From IMG/VR virus record IMGVR_UViG_3300017991_000004, positions 67,701 to 131,700 of that record: a stretch of DNA of 64,000 nt. One strand, written 5' to 3'. Below, piece by piece: positions 46,851 through 56,296 of this stretch. The translations under genes and the position numbers were made by a program. This stretch comes from a virus. The first letter of the stretch is position 1; each line of letters starts with the position of its first letter. The notes beneath the pieces were generated by a model. That model worked only from the letters and a program-made list of their open reading frames with translations, was not told the origin of the DNA and ran no database searches.

Positions 46851-49057
46851 TTTGCCTCCTGCCAGTTGGGTCCCGAATTTATGTCAGCCAGTACAGGCAC
46901 AACTAGCTTGCCTGCCTGCTCCATCGTAGCCCGAATCCACACTTTGACTTTTTCTTCGTGTTCCTTCGGCGCTTCAAACACTAGTTCGTCGTGAACTTGC
47001 AGCAGTAAACGGCATCCGTATTTTTTCAGATACTTCCGCTTGCGCCACAACAGGAACATCGCAGTATTGATAATGACAGCAGTACCACCCTGTCCGGTGT
47101 TATTCATTATTTCACGCATAAGTGCGAACTTCTGCCGGTTATACCTTCGCCGTCCTTCCTCCCCTTGCGCCCGAGCAAGCACGTCCAGTTTCTCAAGGTC
47201 ACGGTTGAACCTCCGCTTCTGTCCGTTCAACATTCTAAAGTATCCTTGAGCCTTCACTACCTCGAAGATGTGGTTGGCGTAGGCGCGTACCCCTGGATGC
47301 GTAGAATGGTAAGCGTTCAACACTTCAGAGGCTTCGTCATTCGACGTATCAATCTGCTTGGCAAGAGTGAAGGCTCCCATCAAGTAAATAGCACCGAAAT
47401 TCACTTCCTTCGCATCCTGCCTACCCTGCTTGCTACCCCGCTTGGCTACCAAGCCAGTAGACTTAGCAGTTTGCATGTGGATGTCTGCACCCAATTTGAA
47501 CTTACCGCCACCCTCCTTGTCAGGCTCACCGCAAACCGGACAAGCGTGATAAGGCTTGTTCGTCTCACCCTTCTTCTTGCACTTGGGGCATTTCCATGTC
47601 CGGTAAGACTTGACGAACGCAGGGTCGCGCGTAGCGTGCGCCATCACCCGCAAGTCACACTGGGAGTAGTCAGCAACCAGCAAGACGTGACCCTTCGGGG
47701 CGACAAAGCAGGCGCGAAGAGACGGGCAGTCAGGGATATACTTTTTCAGAGTATCCCACCGCGGAATGTTCTGAAGGTTAGGGTCAGAACTGCCCCACCG
47801 GGAAGTACGTTTAATAATACTGAACGAAGTGTGGATGCGCCCTTCCGGGTCGGCTTCAGCCTCTTCGATTAAGGGGAGCACATAAGTGCCCAATGTCTTT
47901 GACAACTTCCGTCGAACAAGCAAGTCGGTCAAAAAGGTATGACCTTGCTCAACTAGCCACTCTATGATTTCCTCACCCGACCCAGGCAAACCGTCCTTCC
48001 CATAGTCGCCGGGCTTCAGCCAGGGTGGAGGTTTTAGTTTCTTCACCTTCCACAGCAGGTTCTTCACTTGCGGAGCACTAGCAGGATTGAACTCCTGACC
48101 GAATTGCTTCCGAATCTTCTTTTCTATCTTCGCTAACTGTCCCTGCAACAGGTCGCGGATTTCCTTCAGTTTGGGTAAGTCTACCTTAACGCCGGCAATC
48201 TCCATCTGGATTGCTTGGCGCATGACATTCTGGTAGAGGTTCCAATAAATCTGACCGAAGCCTTCAGCCTGTATCAAGGGCAAGTAATACTTGTGCAACT
48301 GCAACGTCCACAGTGCATCTTTTCGAGCGTAATTGTGAAACCGGGCAATCGCCTTCTTCCGTGCACGGGAAAGAATCCGCTTACCAACCTCCTTCATGGC
48401 AACCGACATCACGTCGTCCTTCTTTGTCTTCTCAGGCAAGCGGGCTACCAGGTCGCGAATGTATCCTTCGGGCAAGTCGTCCAACGCGATTAGGTCTTTG
48501 TGGTAATCCCGATAGACTTCCCAGACTTCCTGCTGCACCTCCTTTACTCTCTTCTTTGCCTCTTTGAGGATGTTCGCGATTTCCTTCTGAGTAGCTGCGT
48601 GCGACTTCGCGCCCTCAGCGCCAAGATGGTCCTTCGCGCACGTTTTCAAGTCATGCGGTCGATTTTCGTCAAGCAGGAAATCCATAATCATCGTATCGGA
48701 GATTCGCTTCGTCTTGGGCCATAGCCCTCTCGCGTAGAAAACCTTTAGGTCATAGGAGGCATTGTGAAACGCCAACATCACTGCCTTGCGATTAAATAAC
48801 GGCTGGAGCAATCTACGGCGAAACTTTTCCCACCGCGCGGCCGCTACGGTTTGCGGCATCTCTTCTGAGTTAAAGCTCCAATAGTGTGACCATTCGTGGC
48901 CTTCATGCGTCCAGGAAATAGACACTCCCTTTAGACGACAATTCAAAGGCGGCGGCACCTTTTTAATCGCCGGACCCTTGTGGCCTGTCTCAGTGTCAAC
49001 TGACACTTCCGGCGACTTTAGAATAGCCTTTACTACTTTCGGACTTAACTTCACCAC
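46847..49057 (-). CDS. polA: family A DNA polymerase (3'-5' exonuclease plus polymerase)
   Basis: VDTET, HNASYD, YARKD, SSDPNLQNIP, ADYSQCDLR, R..AKEVNFG..Y, LQVHDEL. Confidence 0.95.
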   Translation of the reverse strand: MVKLSPKVVKAILKSPEVSVDTETGHKGPAIKKVPPPLNCRLKGVSISWTHEGHEWSHYWSFNSEEMPQTVAAARWEKFRRRLLQPLFNRKAVMLAFHNASYDLKVFYARGLWPKTKRISDTMIMDFLLDENRPHDLKTCAKDHLGAEGAKSHAATQKEIANILKEAKKRVKEVQQEVWEVYRDYHKDLIALDDLPEGYIRDLVARLPEKTKKDDVMSVAMKEVGKRILSRARKKAIARFHNYARKDALWTLQLHKYYLPLIQAEGFGQIYWNLYQNVMRQAIQMEIAGVKVDLPKLKEIRDLLQGQLAKIEKKIRKQFGQEFNPASAPQVKNLLWKVKKLKPPPWLKPGDYGKDGLPGSGEEIIEWLVEQGHTFLTDLLVRRKLSKTLGTYVLPLIEEAEADPEGRIHTSFSIIKRTSRWGSSDPNLQNIPRWDTLKKYIPDCPSLRACFVAPKGHVLLVADYSQCDLRVMAHATRDPAFVKSYRTWKCPKCKKKGETNKPYHACPVCGEPDKEGGGKFKLGADIHMQTAKSTGLVAKRGSKQGRQDAKEVNFGAIYLMGAFTLAKQIDTSNDEASEVLNAYHSTHPGVRAYANHIFEVVKAQGYFRMLNGQKRRFNRDLEKLDVLARAQGEEGRRRYNRQKFALMREIMNNTGQGGTAVIINTAMFLLWRKRKYLKKYGCRLLLQVHDELVFEAPKEHEEKVKVWIRATMEQAGKLVVPVLADINSGPNWQEAK

Positions 49058-49119
49058 TCACCTCAAAAGAAGAGTGCAGGGGACCGACCGGAGCCGGTCC
49101 CCCGCTCTCTGTATTTCGA

Positions 49120-50052
49120 CTAGAGGCTCTTTTTCTTCTTTTTCTTTCCCTTCTTGCCCTTCTTGACTTTCTTTTTCTTGGCCTTCTTTTTGGGCTTGGG
49201 CGGTGCCTCCTCTTCCTCGTCTTCGAAGTCAGTGAAGTCCTCCTCCTCTTCATCGTCGTCCACCGAAGCGTCCGCGCTGGAGGTTTCCTCCTCTTCATCG
49301 TCATCCGAGTAGTCGTAGGATTCCGATTCAGACTCTTCCACCTTCGGGGCGTCACCGAGGCCCAGGTAACCGAGGAAGAAGTCAATCCGCTTCTTGGTCG
49401 GCTCCAGTTCCTTCTCGTAGTCGAACGGCGCAATCAACATTTTTAGCGCCTCCTTCTCCGAGATGGTTTGCCCCTTCCGCTTGAAGTAGTCCTGAATCAT
49501 TTTGATTCGGGGCGAGTTCGCGAAGAACTTGGGACGGTTGACTCGCTTAATCCACATCCAATCGTCCCCGACCGTAGGCGACGTCTTCTCGTTGCGGAAG
49601 ATTTTGAACATCCCTCCCTTGAGGGAACCGAACTCCTCCCGCCTGGTGAGAAGCCGTTTGGCTGCCTGCGAGTTCAGGGGGACCAGCTTGCGCGTGTGCG
49701 TGTACTGCCGCCCCTCAATCTCAAACTTGGACAAGTCGATGCAGGACAGGTACGCGACGAACTTCCGCGCAATCCTTTCGTCCTTAATCATCGCGTTACA
49801 GATGCGGCACTTGCCCGGTACGGGGTCGGGTCCGGGAGACGTGCAGGTGACCTTCATCTTCATGGCGTTCTTATCGCCCTGAATGAAGACGGAGTGTTCG
49901 TACACCTGTACTGCCTCGTCATCCAGCAGAATGAGTTTAGTGCCCTTCCCGATAGGCAGGTACAACCTGTTTGCGAAGTCCGGTCGCACCGAAGTGCTGC
50001 CCGGCATCTTCTTGGCCGTTTCGAGACCCCGATTCATGTAAGAGGAACCCAT
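49120..50052 (-). CDS. putative ssDNA-binding protein (gp32-like) with acidic then Lys-rich tail
   Basis: lies between polA and primase; H...C...C..C; acidic tail; biased codons. Confidence 0.55.
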   Translation of the reverse strand: MGSSYMNRGLETAKKMPGSTSVRPDFANRLYLPIGKGTKLILLDDEAVQVYEHSVFIQGDKNAMKMKVTCTSPGPDPVPGKCRICNAMIKDERIARKFVAYLSCIDLSKFEIEGRQYTHTRKLVPLNSQAAKRLLTRREEFGSLKGGMFKIFRNEKTSPTVGDDWMWIKRVNRPKFFANSPRIKMIQDYFKRKGQTISEKEALKMLIAPFDYEKELEPTKKRIDFFLGYLGLGDAPKVEESESESYDYSDDDEEEETSSADASVDDDEEEEDFTDFEDEEEEAPPKPKKKAKKKKVKKGKKGKKKKKKSL

Positions 50053-50122
50053 CTGAACCTTCCTTTCTGGCTACTAACGAGCCGCCTTTTCGTCTCATAA
50101 ACGAGACTCATTCGATGAACTA

Positions 50123-51106
50123 TCAGGTCACTCCTTTTGACCCCCAGTCCACCAAGGACCAAAGTTTACGCTCCTCCATCGCCATCTTCCGTTCCTCGGC
50201 CGAGGCGTCGAAGGGGTCCAACCCTTCAGGGAGGAAACCGACGAACAGAACGAAATGCTTAAACAGGCGCAAGCCCACTTTGAACATCCCTGTTGACCCT
50301 GCCGAATCTGCGTCAAAGAGAAGAGTCAACGCCTGGAACCATCGCTTCAGTCGCTGCAATCGAGCGTCGGTCATAGTCGCCACACCGCTCATTCCGAGAA
50401 CATTCGGATAATGTCGACTCGTTGCGATAGTGTCTAACGGACCTTCTACCAAAACACCTTCCGGTACAGTCGGGTCAAGAAACTGCTCGCCGTAAAACAT
50501 CTTTGTCAGTGAGTCAGGATTCTTCCCGTAGTGGTAATACTTCGGGAGCTGTTCCGCATGAACGCGCCTTCCGCTGATGGCTATCAACTTGCCGCTGAAG
50601 TCGTACATGGGGAAGAGGTCCCGATGGTTTAGAGGGTCATACCGCAAGTTCCACTTCTTGACATCGCCAGGAGTGATGCCCCGCGCACGCAGGATAGGAG
50701 ACACCTCTTTTGTGGAGGCTTGGAGAATATAGTTCAGTGTCGGGTCGAGCTTAATTGCCTTGGACTTTTTCTTTACCGCCTTCGTCACTTTCAGAGGGTC
50801 ATACGGTCCCCCTTCGTTCTTTTTGACGAAAGCATACCCGACTTGGTACCGCTTCAGGTCAGATTCAGTTGCCAGCCGATAAGCAACTTGCTTAAGGGTG
50901 CCCCCATTCCCGCAGGCGAAGCAAAAGCATACCGACGGTCCCTGGTCAGGGGTGGTTATGCTGAAGTTAGGATTCTGGTCTACCGGGTTGCGGTGACCAT
51001 GCCCTAGCGGCGCGAACGGGCACTGCATATAGACTTCCCGCTCAGTAATGCGGGAAACTTCTACTTCCCAAATCGTCGCCAATGTTTGTACGTCAGACCT
51101 GTCCAT
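50123..51106 (-). CDS. dnaG: DNA primase (Zn finger plus TOPRIM)
   Basis: CPF...H...CFAC; LVEGPLD; LFDADSAG. Confidence 0.88.
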   Translation of the reverse strand: MDRSDVQTLATIWEVEVSRITEREVYMQCPFAPLGHGHRNPVDQNPNFSITTPDQGPSVCFCFACGNGGTLKQVAYRLATESDLKRYQVGYAFVKKNEGGPYDPLKVTKAVKKKSKAIKLDPTLNYILQASTKEVSPILRARGITPGDVKKWNLRYDPLNHRDLFPMYDFSGKLIAISGRRVHAEQLPKYYHYGKNPDSLTKMFYGEQFLDPTVPEGVLVEGPLDTIATSRHYPNVLGMSGVATMTDARLQRLKRWFQALTLLFDADSAGSTGMFKVGLRLFKHFVLFVGFLPEGLDPFDASAEERKMAMEERKLWSLVDWGSKGVT

Positions 51107-51566
51107 TTAACTGCGCCTTTGCAAACCTGTCCGCCATCTCATTAAAGAGAATCCCGGCGTGACCTTTTACCCACTTCAGTTTGAACGGAGACTTGAAGTA
51201 CAGTTCCTTCGCCCTCCGCACAACACCCGGATGCGTCTTTGATGGAAACTCGCCTCGAATTGCAGAGAGGGAAAACTTGCTGTCTGAAAATACTGTAGCC
51301 CTCTTCGCTTTTAACCGATGCAGGTAATAGAGCGCCCAGTAGACTCCACTCAACTCTGCCGACTGACTCGATACCTTCGTCACTCCTATGAACATTGATG
51401 CGAACGGGTCTGTCTCAACATAACCGCTATACCAAGCGCTGACTTCTCCAGCGTTATGAACCTTAAGGTCAGGCTTCTCCACAATTACAATGGCCCATGC
51501 CGCGCAAGGTCCATACGCTTTTCGATGCCCTACAACTGCTCCATCGGTATAGACGGCTATCGTCAT
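51093..51566 (-). CDS. rnhA: ribonuclease HI
   Basis: YTDGA, AEL, SDSKF, WVKGHAG..FNE.AD. Confidence 0.9.
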   Translation of the reverse strand: MTIAVYTDGAVVGHRKAYGPCAAWAIVIVEKPDLKVHNAGEVSAWYSGYVETDPFASMFIGVTKVSSQSAELSGVYWALYYLHRLKAKRATVFSDSKFSLSAIRGEFPSKTHPGVVRRAKELYFKSPFKLKWVKGHAGILFNEMADRFAKAQLNGQV

Positions 51567-51583
51567 CTGCTGGTACCCGCAGA
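51566..51583. repeat. 18-bp palindrome copy (17/18) filling the dnaB-rnhA junction exactly
   Basis: TCTGCTGGTACCCGCAGA between the dnaB stop and rnhA ATG. Confidence 0.9.
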
Positions 51584-52867
51584 CTATTCGTAGGCGTACT
51601 CGAGGTCGACTTCGGCGTCTATCTCCTCGTCCACCTTCGCGTCAGAACCTACCATCGAAGTGGAAATCTCACTGAAGTTTCCAGCGTCAATGTCCCACTT
51701 CAATAACAACTCGTTCAGTTCAATGCCCTCCCGCACCTTCAAAGACCGAAGTAGCATCTCCTTCATCAATTTCATGGAAGGTGTCTGAAACAGCGCAAAA
51801 ACAAAGTCAGCATCGTGCAGAATCGAATCAGTGAAGGCTGCGGCGACCTGGTCCGCTTTGGTATGCGACTCGCGCACCTCTTTGTTGAACTGGGAAGTAA
51901 CCATGATAGGTACCGCGGCGCGCGTAGCGACTTTCTTGATGTCGGCAATCAACTGCGCGAACTCTTCCCACTTCTTTTTCTTCGCAGCCAGGTAAAACGA
52001 ATCCCACACCACAAAGCCGTATTTGCCAAGCTGGATGTTCAGCTCCAGGTCGAGCGGAGAGGAGATTTCATTCGGGCCACAGATGTCTACATATCCCCAC
52101 TTCTTGCTTTTCTCCAACCGCTCGTACCACTTGTCCATTTTCTTCGACTCTGCCTTGGTCAACTTGCCTTTGCGGTAACGGTCTACGCTAACCTTGGCAC
52201 CTACGCCATCAAAACGAATCCCCATCCGCTCTGAAAACATCTCCATCGAAGTGAGCAGTCCGTTCGTGCCGCTCTGCATCGCCGCCTGTTCATTCAAGAT
52301 TGAAAAGAATGTCTTACCAATGCCGGCCCTGGACAGCACAACAATCAGGTCACCCGGCTGCCAGCCCTGCGTTACTGCATTCAAACTCTTCCAGGGTGAG
52401 GGCACCCCTAGCATTCCTTTCAGTTTCTTTCGCTTAAGGTACGCCTTCTTACGTTTGAGCGTTTGTCGATTCATCCGCAAGGGACCTTGCGCCTCTGCCC
52501 GCTGCAATCGCTCTACGGTAAGCACTATGCCTTTCAACGCATCCACACTGCCGTCGATATTATTTGCCGACCGCATCGGGGTGTACTTCGTTCTCAGTCC
52601 AGTCTCCAGCAAGTTGAATGCGTGACGGGTTCGCAGTTCTTTCGCGTAGAACGGCGTAGGCTCAATGGCTTTCAAAAAAGACATTTCCTTGAACCGGTCC
52701 TTGGTGGTGCCTAAGCGAGGCAACCGCCCATACTGCGAATTGAACTTCTGTATGAACTCGAATACCTCCTTCCAGTCCTCCTCGAAGTAATCGGCCTGCA
52801 TTCCTTTCAGGAACTGCGGCTTCCTACTTTTGAGCAACGCGGAAAAATATAAAGAATCGGCATCCAT
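51584..52867 (-). CDS. dnaB: replicative DNA helicase
   Basis: G.P.PW..LN..T.G..PG.L....RAGIGKT, SMEM, SQFN, DAD. Confidence 0.88.
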   Translation of the reverse strand: MDADSLYFSALLKSRKPQFLKGMQADYFEEDWKEVFEFIQKFNSQYGRLPRLGTTKDRFKEMSFLKAIEPTPFYAKELRTRHAFNLLETGLRTKYTPMRSANNIDGSVDALKGIVLTVERLQRAEAQGPLRMNRQTLKRKKAYLKRKKLKGMLGVPSPWKSLNAVTQGWQPGDLIVVLSRAGIGKTFFSILNEQAAMQSGTNGLLTSMEMFSERMGIRFDGVGAKVSVDRYRKGKLTKAESKKMDKWYERLEKSKKWGYVDICGPNEISSPLDLELNIQLGKYGFVVWDSFYLAAKKKKWEEFAQLIADIKKVATRAAVPIMVTSQFNKEVRESHTKADQVAAAFTDSILHDADFVFALFQTPSMKLMKEMLLRSLKVREGIELNELLLKWDIDAGNFSEISTSMVGSDAKVDEEIDAEVDLEYAYE

Positions 52868-53475
52868 TAGTTTCCGCCTCCTTTGCCCCACTGGGTTGAC
52901 TTGATTTCCACGATGGCGACCGTTCGTTTGATGATGTTCACGATAGCTTCGGTATACACTTCAGTAAGTTTGGGCGGCGCGTAGTTAGACGTAACTACGA
53001 TAGGCAAGCAGCGGTCGTACCTATCCCGAAAAACACCCTCAAGTTCAGCCCCGCCTCCTTTCTTGGAACTGAAACCTTCCGACCCCAGGTCATCCAGAAC
53101 CAGGAGGTCTACTTGCTGCATCCTGTGACGAATTAAACCCAGGCCGTCCGGGGTCTCCTCATTGTCATAGACCGCGCGAAGCAGATGCCGCATCCGCATG
53201 AAAAACGGCTGGCCGCCTCGCCGGATAACTTCCTTGAGAATAGCGACGGCCGCTGAAGTCTTTCCTGTCTCGAAACCGCCGAAGACATAGAGGCCCTGAC
53301 CCTTCTCCACTTGCAGGTGCAGCGTCTTCAGGTACCGAAACAGTTTTTTCTTGTGAGGAGAATCCTCAATTTGTTCAAGGGACACCCTCCAATACCGCTC
53401 AGGAACACCTGCGGAGTGCAGCGCCACTCGGGTAACTTTTGCTATTCGATTCGGGGATAGTCTTCGTCGCTTCAT
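52867..53475 (-). CDS. DnaC/IstB-like helicase loader ATPase
   Basis: GLY..G...TGKT, DLLVLDDLG.E, R.....P..VTSN. Confidence 0.85.
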   Translation of the reverse strand: MKRRRLSPNRIAKVTRVALHSAGVPERYWRVSLEQIEDSPHKKKLFRYLKTLHLQVEKGQGLYVFGGFETGKTSAAVAILKEVIRRGGQPFFMRMRHLLRAVYDNEETPDGLGLIRHRMQQVDLLVLDDLGSEGFSSKKGGGAELEGVFRDRYDRCLPIVVTSNYAPPKLTEVYTEAIVNIIKRTVAIVEIKSTQWGKGGGN

Positions 53476-53483
53476 GGCTCTGC

Positions 53484-54206
53484 CTAGAACTGAACCCAAT
53501 CCTCAATCGCTTCCGTAGCCATCGCAGTTTGCTTGCCCCTGTCGTGAATCGCGTTCTTGGATTGGGGCATCCCACGGTCCTTGACATCTTTGACGGTATG
53601 GAAGTAAGTCTTGAACAGCCCAGGATTCGGTAACCCGTACCACTTGAAGTGCAGTTTCAGCACGTCAAAATTCATCACAAAGAAGTCGGCTACCTCTTTT
53701 GCTGGACGCACACCTACTTCGGCTATTAGGCGTTGCATCTGCGCCCGCCCCTTCGCTTTCGCAGTCGAACATCCTTTCCCACGCTCTTTGAATTTGTCGA
53801 ATATCATTTGCCAGAGCGTTGTACCTGACCATTTATCAAGAGGAAGCCAGCGCCATTCCACCAACTGCACTGACCCGTCCTTCTTCCGACGAGCTCCTCG
53901 AAACTTGCGTTCGAGTTCTTCCACCATGAAATACCTGCTGGGCTTCCCTACAACAAAAACAACCTTCTTGTCTTCCTTAAATTTTCGCGCCCATCGCAAG
54001 TTGAGCAGCCGATTGATTTCCCGCTCAACAGCGCCGACCTCAAGGTCAAGAGACTTCGCTATCCGTTTCGCAGTGGGCAGGCATACCCGCTCCCCGATAG
54101 GTAGCTGAATTGTCTTGGTAATCGGATTGGCACACTTTAGAAAAGCGAGTGAACCTCGCACCTCCTCAAAATAAGCAGAGCGTATAAATGTTTTTGTATC
54201 TATCAT
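53484..54206 (-). CDS. putative replication initiator (wHTH)
   Basis: PT...IAKSL.L....VER.I..L; upstream of the DnaC-like gene. Confidence 0.45.
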   Translation of the reverse strand: MIDTKTFIRSAYFEEVRGSLAFLKCANPITKTIQLPIGERVCLPTAKRIAKSLDLEVGAVEREINRLLNLRWARKFKEDKKVVFVVGKPSRYFMVEELERKFRGARRKKDGSVQLVEWRWLPLDKWSGTTLWQMIFDKFKERGKGCSTAKAKGRAQMQRLIAEVGVRPAKEVADFFVMNFDVLKLHFKWYGLPNPGLFKTYFHTVKDVKDRGMPQSKNAIHDRGKQTAMATEAIEDWVQF

Positions 54207-54221
54207 TATTTATTTGCCTCC

Positions 54222-54800
54222 TTAGCTTTTCTTCCCTTTTGCCTTCCCGTTGGGATGCACTTGCGTCAGGTGATGGCGGAACTGAATGAGAAAGGTTCGT
54301 TGCGCGAAAGACTCGACTTGAATACCGTTTACCTTTCGCTTGTCTCTGAACCGCACCCATTCCGCCAACAACCCAATAGCCAATCCTGTTCGACCTACCC
54401 CCGCCGAACAGTGAACCACTGCCTTCTTCGTCTTCTCCCGCAGAACATCGTCCATCGCCCTTGCGAGTTTGTACGCAAAGGTAAGGCGGGGAACGCCGAA
54501 GTCAGGAATTGGGAACCGATGAACCTTGAACCCGTGCACCCTGTAATATCCAACGAGGTCTTTGCCATAGTATTTGAAATACTCGCCGTCAGTCAGCAGG
54601 CAGAAAATGTCGGTAATACTATCTTCCTTGAACCCCAAAATGGCTTCTTTTAGCGTTTTAGGTCTTACTGTCTTCAACGGGTAACCTGGTCGCGATGCCT
54701 TATACAATCGTGGAAATCCCTCAACTGGTTGAATCGAGTAAACCGGGATTCCCCAATCCGGCTGCTCGATGCCTTCTAAGGCTGACTGTTCTTCCGCCAT
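54222..54800 (-). CDS. protein-tyrosine/dual-specificity phosphatase family protein
   Basis: FPIPDFGVP and VVHCSAGVGRTG (HCxxGxxR). Confidence 0.9.
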   Translation of the reverse strand: MAEEQSALEGIEQPDWGIPVYSIQPVEGFPRLYKASRPGYPLKTVRPKTLKEAILGFKEDSITDIFCLLTDGEYFKYYGKDLVGYYRVHGFKVHRFPIPDFGVPRLTFAYKLARAMDDVLREKTKKAVVHCSAGVGRTGLAIGLLAEWVRFRDKRKVNGIQVESFAQRTFLIQFRHHLTQVHPNGKAKGKKS

Positions 54801-54811
54801 GACTTCCTCCG

Positions 54812-55246
54812 CTATTGCCCCAGTATGTCTTCTGCATCATTTTTGTTGATAAAGTCACTGTCGTCTTCGACCTCTTCCTCTTCGTCCTCAAAGTCGTCTT
54901 CCTCGTCGTCTTCGCCAACCTCTAGCAACTCCTCCATTGTCACGCCCGATTCATCATCGTCATCCTCGACCGCCTGAAGCACATCCTCTTCCTCTTCCGT
55001 TTCCTCGTCCTCCACCAGGTCCAACACTTCCTTCAGGGCATCTTCATTCTGCTGTTTCTTGGAAAACCAAGGCGAGACGCTTTTGGGGAACTTCTGGAGA
55101 ATCGGATTTTCATGTTTGCTGTCGTCGCCCGGAGTAGCCTTGGGGGCTCCACCTCCTACCATCCAAGGTGTCGCACCCGCTGACGGCAGCAACCTAAACG
55201 TCAACTTGATGGTGCGGTTTGCAAACCTGTGAAAGATACGCTCCAT
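54812..55246 (-). CDS. highly acidic hypothetical protein
   Basis: D/E-rich C-terminal half. Confidence 0.6.
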   Translation of the reverse strand: MERIFHRFANRTIKLTFRLLPSAGATPWMVGGGAPKATPGDDSKHENPILQKFPKSVSPWFSKKQQNEDALKEVLDLVEDEETEEEEDVLQAVEDDDDESGVTMEELLEVGEDDEEDDFEDEEEEVEDDSDFINKNDAEDILGQ

Positions 55247-55253
55247 GCCCTTC

Positions 55254-56153
55254 TCAGTCTGCTGGTACCAGCAGACTGCCCTTCTCTAGTTCTCGGCTCA
55301 ATAGCGTTTCCGAATGCCCCAACCAGGACCAGTTACGAAACTTCTGCGGAACCCGTGACTCAACGGTCAACTCTCTGAACAACTTCAACGAGAATACTGC
55401 TTCCTCTAATTGTTCTTTCACCTTCTTGTTGTAAACCTTGCCGCTCGACTTAACGCCCTGCCGCAACCACCAGGCGGGGTGCCTGATGTGTAGGAATCTC
55501 ATGCCGCCGAAGTTGACCGTGCGATTGCAGTTCACTGGCAAGTTCTTCTCCCCCTTCTGCGGGTCGGCAATCGGGAAGAAAGTTCTCGCCGCGTGCGCTC
55601 CGATAAGCACTACCCCTTTGGGCTTGGTGTTATCGAGAAAGGCAAGAAGACGAATGAGGCAACACGCCTTCTCCCAATGGTGAGGGTCGCGGTTATTCGG
55701 AGGACGGCAGAGGACTGTATTCGTTATCGCGTAGTCCTGCCCGAAGCCTGCATTGGCGAACATCCAATCGAGCAGTTTCCCTGACCGCCCGACGAAGGGT
55801 GTACCCGTCTCGGCTTCCTTCGCACCTGGAGCTTCGCCTATCGCGACAATAAGAGGTTTCTTACGGCCCCGGAAGAAGACAGGCCGCTCACCGTAAAGGG
55901 TGCAGACCTTTCCAGGGCAGAGGTCGTTGTTGACCTTTAGGAGGGATGCCTTGGCCCACGACTCATCCGGGTACGGAATAGTAGCGCAAGCGATTGCGGG
56001 CTTGCCGCCGACAGCGCCTTTGAAGTGCGCCCTCGCTGCCTGCTTGAGTCGTTTCCTAGTTGTGAGTTTATCGAGATACCGTCCACCCTCTCGGGCATAC
56101 AAGACGGTATCTTCTCCCCGCGTAGCGCGGAGGAATAGAATACGCCTTCGCAC
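55254..56153 (-). CDS. uracil-DNA glycosylase family 4
   Basis: IGEAPG..E...G.PFVGRSG..L, TN.V.CRPP.NR.P, HPA. Confidence 0.9.
   Translation of the reverse strand: MRRRILFLRATRGEDTVLYAREGGRYLDKLTTRKRLKQAARAHFKGAVGGKPAIACATIPYPDESWAKASLLKVNNDLCPGKVCTLYGERPVFFRGRKKPLIVAIGEAPGAKEAETGTPFVGRSGKLLDWMFANAGFGQDYAITNTVLCRPPNNRDPHHWEKACCLIRLLAFLDNTKPKGVVLIGAHAARTFFPIADPQKGEKNLPVNCNRTVNFGGMRFLHIRHPAWWLRQGVKSSGKVYNKKVKEQLEEAVFSLKLFRELTVESRVPQKFRNWSWLGHSETLLSRELEKGSLLVPAD
55258..55275. repeat. 18-bp palindrome copy (exact) at the 3' end of UDG
   Basis: encodes the terminal LLVPAD*. Confidence 0.95.
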
Positions 56154-56191
56154 GGTCTTGCTCCTGTCATGTGAACTCCTATGCCGCTTAT

Positions 56192-56220
56192 ATTTTATAT
56201 TGGTGTGAAAGAATTATCAA
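56192..56220 (-). promoter_or_regulatory. sigma70-type promoter TTGATA-N17-TAAAAT for the replication block
   Basis: 17-bp spacing; just downstream of a terminator-like hairpin at 56230-56261. Confidence 0.7.
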
Positions 56221-56296
56221 TCCCGAGACAAAAAGAGAGCCGGCACGCCAAGCACCGGCTCAAAGAGATACTACCACGAGGGCAGCAAAGGGCTGG

